A DNA stretch of 63,958 nt, filler included, from Fonticula-like sp. SCN 57-25 (taxonomy: Eukaryota), in assembly GCA_001724245.1 (NCBI GenBank). It is 6 parts of 6 records of this genome, joined end to end, with 100 filler letters (N's around TTAATTAATTAA, not from the genome) between each part and the next. Parts side by side here need not be neighbours in the genome. Positions count along the whole stretch, not along the records: positions 53,909 to 63,958 come from MEDX01000239.1; 5 more parts are not named here. One strand, 5' to 3'. This document shows positions 58,882 through 63,958 of the stretch, in pieces (the stretch's first letter is position 1; every line of letters begins with the position of its first letter). The translations under genes were made by a program, and so were the position numbers. The notes below the pieces were generated by a model. It saw nothing but the letters and a program-made list of their open reading frames with translations, was not told the origin of the DNA and ran no database searches.

Positions 58882-61668
58882 ATGGCGCAGAATCCGAGCT
58901 TTGCCAAGCTCATCGAGGTCGTCCGGCGGGACGATCCCGAGACCAAGTATGAGGTTCTCGTGGAGATTGGTCAAGGCAGCTTTGGATCCGTGTACAAGGC
59001 GAGAGATCGCGAGACAGGCGCCATTGTCGCTATCAAGAAAATGACCTGCAGCCCAGAACAGTCGAGTGATGTACGTTTTCCCTTTGTTTTCGTTTGATTT
59101 TTGAGCGGCGAGCGGCTGACACATGCGGCAGGAATTGGATGATATTCGGAAAGAAATTGAGTTTATGGCATCTCTCGATCACGAGAATATTATCAAGCAT
59201 TGTGGTAGTTTTTTGAAAGGCAATACTGTTTGGGTTGTGATGGAATTTTGCATGGGGTCTGTTGCGGACATTTTGGAGGTGTTCAAGGCGCCGCTTCAGG
59301 AGGCCGAGATCGCCGCTGTCCTCGCCAAGGTAGTTGAGGGTCTTATTTTCCTCCACTCCAAGAAGCGCATTCACCGCGACATCAAGGCGGCCAACATTCT
59401 CATGACGAGTCGCGGCAAGGTCAAGATCGCCGATTTTGGCTCTGGCTCGATGAGCGATCCCGCCAACACGTTTGTCGGCACGCCCTGCTGGATGGCGCCC
59501 GAAGTCATTCTCGCAATGGAGTCGGGGCTGTATAGCTGCAAGGCCGACATTTGGTCGCTCGGCATCACTGCCATCGAGCTCGCCGAGCGCAAGCCGCCGC
59601 TCATCGAGATGAACACGATGAGCGCGCTGTACCACATCCCCGAGAAGCCGCCGCCAACGCTCAAGAAGCCCGCCGCGTGGTCGAATGAATTTTCCGACTT
59701 TATCGAGAGCTGCCTGCGCAAGGACCCCGAGCAGCGCCTCACCGCGGCCGAGCTGCTGCAGCACCCGTTCCTCCAGAACGACAAGGCCAACCACAACCGC
59801 ACGCTCAAGCTGCTCGTCCGCCGCTCAAAGAACGCCGCGTCGCTCGACACGGGCGAGCCGATCGTGTTCGAGGCGCCCGTCGCCGTCGCTGCACCCGCTG
59901 CCGTGGCCGCGCCGACGCCCCTCGCGTCCACCGTGAGCATGGACGAGGACGGCACCGAGGACACTGAGGAGCTCAGGAAGCGCCGCCGCAACCAGAGCAA
60001 GCCCGCCAAGAAGGACAAGGCGGCCGACGGCGACGCTGCCGCGCCCGCCGCCACCCCCACTGCCTCGCCCGCGCGCTCCGCGATGCCATCGCACCTTGCC
60101 GCGCCGCTGAAGCGCGACTCGTTTGCGAATCTCGCCCCCAGCGACGCGAACCACACCCCCCGCCGCGGCGCGCATGAGCGCATGGCGTCGGTCGTGAGCG
60201 TCGAGAGCAACATTGTGAGCGACTTTCACCTCAATGACAGCGCGAATGACGCGTGGGAAGCCGAGAATCACGACCAGACGATACGCCCCGTCCGCCGCGC
60301 GACCGAGATGGCCGAGAATGACAACAATGCCAAGGCGCAGCTCAAGGAGCTCAAGGGTCTTCAGATGGCGCAGCAGAAGCAGACCAAGCAGCTGCTCAAG
60401 ACGCAGGAGGCGAACCTTGCCGAGTACCGCCGCCAGATCGAAAAGGACCTCGAGGCCGAGTCCAAGCAGCACTCTAACGAGATTGACAAGCTGCTCGCGC
60501 GGCTGCGCAGCGAGATGGAGGCGTTCCAAAAGTCGCAGGCGACCGAGTGGAAGTCGTTCCGCAAGGAGCAGCAGAGCCGCGCCAAGACCGAAGTGAAGGA
60601 GAATGCCCGCGTGATCAAGGCGGCCGTCAAGGAGAAGGAGAAGGCGTTCAAGGAGGCGCTGTCGCGCGTGACCGACAAGGCCGAGAAGAAGGCGCTCAAG
60701 GAGTCGCAGGAGAAGGAGCTCGCGGCGTTTGTGCAGCAGTCGCAGGACGAGTTTGCCGCGCAGCAGCAGTTTAGACAGGAGGAAGAGGCCCGCAAGCGCG
60801 CCATTGCGATGAGCCACGACCTGCACGCCGTCGAGATCCGCCACAGCGACTCTGAGACTGAGCGGCGGCGGATGGCGCGCGAGGTCAATGCCAAGCACCG
60901 CCAGAGCAACCTCGACCTCGAGGGCCGCAAGCTGCTCGAGCAGCTCCGCGAGCGCCACGAGCTCATGCAGACGCAGCAGGGCAAGAAGCTGCTCACAGAG
61001 GCAGAGTCGATGCAGCAGCAGCAGAAGAAGCGCGAAAAGGACCTCGGCAAGCAGCTCGCGCAGGAGGCCAAGAATCTGCCAAAGCACGTCAAGAGCGTCA
61101 AGGCAAAGATGGTGCGCGACAAGCAGGAGACGATCAGGATGACAAAGCAAAAGTTTGAGTCGCTCCAGAAGCGCATCGACGAGGATGAGGTGAGCAAGGA
61201 GGAGCGGAGGCGGCTCAAGGAGGAGCAGCGGCTCGAGATGCTCCGCGACGTCACGCGGACAGAGGCAGAATTCGACAAAAAGGTGCGTGAATTTGAACAG
61301 CAGCTTTGCAGTTTGCAGTTTGCTAACTTTATTTGCAGATTTCCGAGACGGTTGAGATTGAGACGACTGAATTTGACCATGCTCAGCGCGAGCTTCTTGA
61401 TGCTCTTGCCGCTCGCCACGAAAAAGAGCGCTCTGAGCTTGAAGCGTACCAAGTGGCGCGCCGTCGCAACCTTGTCGCTCAGCACGAGCGCGAGATGGCC
61501 TTGCTTGTTGCGAGCAACAAGAAGGCGTGGGAAGAGCTGGACAAGACGATCAAGGTTGATACCGACGCGTTCAATGCCACGGCGCAGCAGAATAGACAGG
61601 CGATGCTCGCGAGGCACAAGGAAGAGGACGAGCGCTTGCTACACAAAAAGTTTACCTTGGAAAAGTGA
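58882..61668 (+). CDS. TAOK: TAO-type STE20 kinase with long coiled-coil C-terminus (3' end approximate)
   Basis: GQGSFGSVY, VAIKKM, HRDIKAAN, ANTFVGTPCWMAPEVILAM, IELAERKPPL..MN.MSALYHI and a Q/E/K-rich coiled coil. Confidence 0.88.
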
Positions 61669-62069
61669 GCGGCGCTTGTTGCTTGACGCTTCACTTTTGC
61701 GCCTTTGCGCTGTCATGGTAATGTTTTGTGTTTCGTTTTGTATGCATTGTTTTTCTGTTTTTCAGCGACACTGACGCGCTTTCAGTCTTTCGACCTATTC
61801 ACTGTCTTTATCTTTATATTCATCTGTATGATTCTCCATCCAATAATATATAATGACAATCATCAAGAAATGGTCTGGAAAGGGGGGTCATATATTGTAA
61901 CAAGGTCATATATAAATAACAAACCAGGGACTGAAACTGAGACACCAGTCACGTGGACCGGCACGACGCTGCAGGACTGAAGGGTACTAACATTGACTAT
62001 ATGGAAAGATACTAATACGGGTCGCCGAGGCACAGCAGACATTCAACTGTTGGACAGCGCCCACGTGGC

Positions 62070-63372
62070 TTACGCGCCGAGGCTGATGCGCCTCCGCTTG
62101 GCGGCGGTCGGGTCGGCCATATAATCGCCGACGGCCGCGACGGTCTCGCCAATGATCGCCTTGACGCCCTTGCTGTACCACGGCAGGATCCCCGCCTGGT
62201 ACTGCTCGACGACGCCGTTCTCAAGCCCGACAACGAGAATACCCTTGTCAGTGTCGAGCGAGAAAGCCGTCGCCGGCCGCGACGCGCGCGCGGTAAACAC
62301 GGATGCCGCATCGCGCGTGCACCACACACCCAGCGATCCGTCCGACATCGCCGCGACAACGTACTTGTTGCAGCGAGTAAAGGCAGCACCGACCACGTGG
62401 TCGGCGCCCTTGCCTGCGAGGGCGACGCGGGGGGCGGCCGACAGCTTGGCGGCCTCCCAGACGCACGCCGACGCGCCGCTCGCGGCGAGCAGAAGCGGCG
62501 CCGCTGCGTTCCCGCCAAATGAGACGCGCGAAACCTGTTGATGGTCATGAGCGATCGATTTGATGGTCATCAAGGGGTGGGCGGGGCGTACGGGGGCGGA
62601 CAGGTGGGCGGAGCGCGCGCGGAGGGCGGGGCGGCCGCCGGCGCCGGTGCCGTAGAGGTGGACAGAGCCGTCGGCGCAGCCGACTGCAAGCATGCGGTCG
62701 TCCGACGAAAAGGCGACGCTCGAGACGTGCGCGGGGAGATCGCTGATCTGGTGGACCACGGTATAGTCGAGCGAGGCGGCCGGGGCGGCCACGAGGCTCA
62801 CGATGCCGTCGCCGCCGATGGCCACGACGCCCTTGGACGACACGGCAATGCCGCGCTTCTGAAAGAAAAGTGAGAAAAGGCAGAGGCGGCGCGCGCGCGC
62901 GCGTACAGTGACGTGGTCGGCATGGCCGGTCGTGTCGAGGTCAACCACAGAAAGCTGCCAGTTGAACTCGGGCGGGTACACGCTGAACGGCGGGATCATA
63001 TTCGTCGTCTGAGCGACGACAAACTCGTCGCGCTCAGAGAGGCCAAAGACGCGCGCGTTGTCGCTCGACCACACGAGCTCGCGCACCTGCGCGTTATTGG
63101 TAAGCAACTTTGTAAGCATGCCCGATGCCGTACGGTGCACGAATGCCGGAGCGTCGTCGTCGTCGCGCTCGACTCGGTGTGAATAATACGCACAATGTTG
63201 TCGTCGCCCGACGTCGCGAGCATCTCCCAATTCGGAGAAATGGCGCTTGCTACAATCTACATGGCCAGCATTAAACCGGGATCCCACCTATAGCAACTTC
63301 CGACGGCCATACCTTGCCATCATGCCGCTTCGATGCCCACTTTTTCGAAAACGTTGTCTGAGCCGTCGCCAT
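62070..63372 (-). CDS. WD40-repeat protein, multi-exon
   Basis: MLATSGDDNIVRI, VSSVAFSSDDRMLAVGCADGSVHLY and LVVGLENGVVEQY. A probable 5'-UTR intron lies near 63418-63455. Confidence 0.8.
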
Positions 63373-63814
63373 TTTCCCTGCGTCCACTGACCTTCCCTGC
63401 AGTCTTACAGCGAGCCCTGAGACCGTTAGCGCCCTGACTGGCCGCCGACCTTACCTCGGAACTTTCCCACCGGTAAAAACCCAACGTGAAGTTGACTAAG
63501 CGGAAATCATATACCCGATTTTAGTCACAATTTCTTTTTTTGGAACAGTCAGGTGCCCCTCAACCATCGGAATGCTATCAGTTGATAGAGGAATCTTGGT
63601 GGAATCAATAACAATAGCGAAAGGGGCTCCCGACGGCGGCCCAATAGGCTACCCGCTGCACTAGATACTATAGCAACGGAGCCAACTGGCCTGCAACTTG
63701 CACCTCTTTCATTATGATGACAAAGACAGTTCGTGAGAAGCCGCAAAGTGACACGAGACGGCCCTCGAATCTGCCCCTGAATAAAAGTCACGTGACAAAG
63801 GAGATTTGGCGCGA

Positions 63815-63930
63815 ATGGTGGCCGGGGGCGGCATGAATGCCAAGGTGTACAATGCGCTGCAGGAGCGGATCGTTCCGCTGGGCGGCACCTTTCACGCTCT
63901 TCAGCTTGTACAAGAGGAAAAGTTTCAGGG
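63815..63930 (+). CDS. First exon of an unidentified gene running off the window
   Basis: ATG-initiated MVAGGGMNAKVYNALQERIVPLGG... ending at a GTGCGC donor-like site. Confidence 0.4.
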
Positions 63931-63958
63931 GTGCGCTTGTTGCTAGCGCGTTTGTTGC

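Noticed and set aside
59371-61617. Long minus-strand ORFs (280-441 aa) opposite TAOK, and similar ones opposite proC, ADK, Kv and RSBN1
   Set aside because: Antisense shadows of GC-rich coding sequence with no independent signals.
63340-63475. GGGAAAGTTC and GGGAAGGTC segments resembling the RNase P/MRP RNA CR-I motif
   Set aside because: No properly spaced CR-V/P4 partner was found. The region is explained by the spliced 5' UTR and first exon of the WD40 gene.
1-63958. Alternative genetic code suggested by fragmented ORFs
   Set aside because: The breaks examined coincide with GT-AG introns, and TAA, TAG and TGA are all used as terminal stops.

Overview
Eukaryotic nuclear DNA from a compact, intron-rich protist genome. 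It is not one locus: six contigs of about 10-11 kb are joined by artificial 100-nt linkers (N44-TTAATTAATTAA-N44), so gene neighbourhood is meaningful only within a contig. About 30 genes can be read, mostly spliced, with short GTRCG...CT(A/G)AC...YAG introns. They include RhoGEF, a PH-CAMK kinase, calnexin, BUB2, RAD16, HACE1-like E3, bL33m, a receptor kinase-like protein, INTS5-like, a Kv channel, WAPL, ADK, CHMP7, RSBN1-like, EMG1, RSL1D1, EngB GTPase, WDR77, CcmE, CCZ1, P5CR, a CTK1/CDK12-like kinase, ADCK1, MATE, M1 aminopeptidase, a His-box desaturase-like protein, PGS1, SRP9 (missing from the ORF track), TAOK, a WD40 protein and an intron-containing tRNA-Ile(UAU). The mix of fungus-like and animal-like genes suggests an early-branching opisthokont (nucleariid or unicellular holozoan); this is inference. 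Most notable: (1) the otherwise intact nuclear tRNA-Ile has C1xC72 and U2-G71 at the top of the acceptor stem, the signature of 5' tRNA editing otherwise known from mitochondria; (2) a nucleus-encoded, mitochondrion-targeted System I heme chaperone CcmE; (3) a single-pass receptor pseudokinase with at least 12 HRM-like repeats plus FN3 domains. Gene boundaries were read by eye and are approximate. Homology calls rest on recalled motifs, not database searches.
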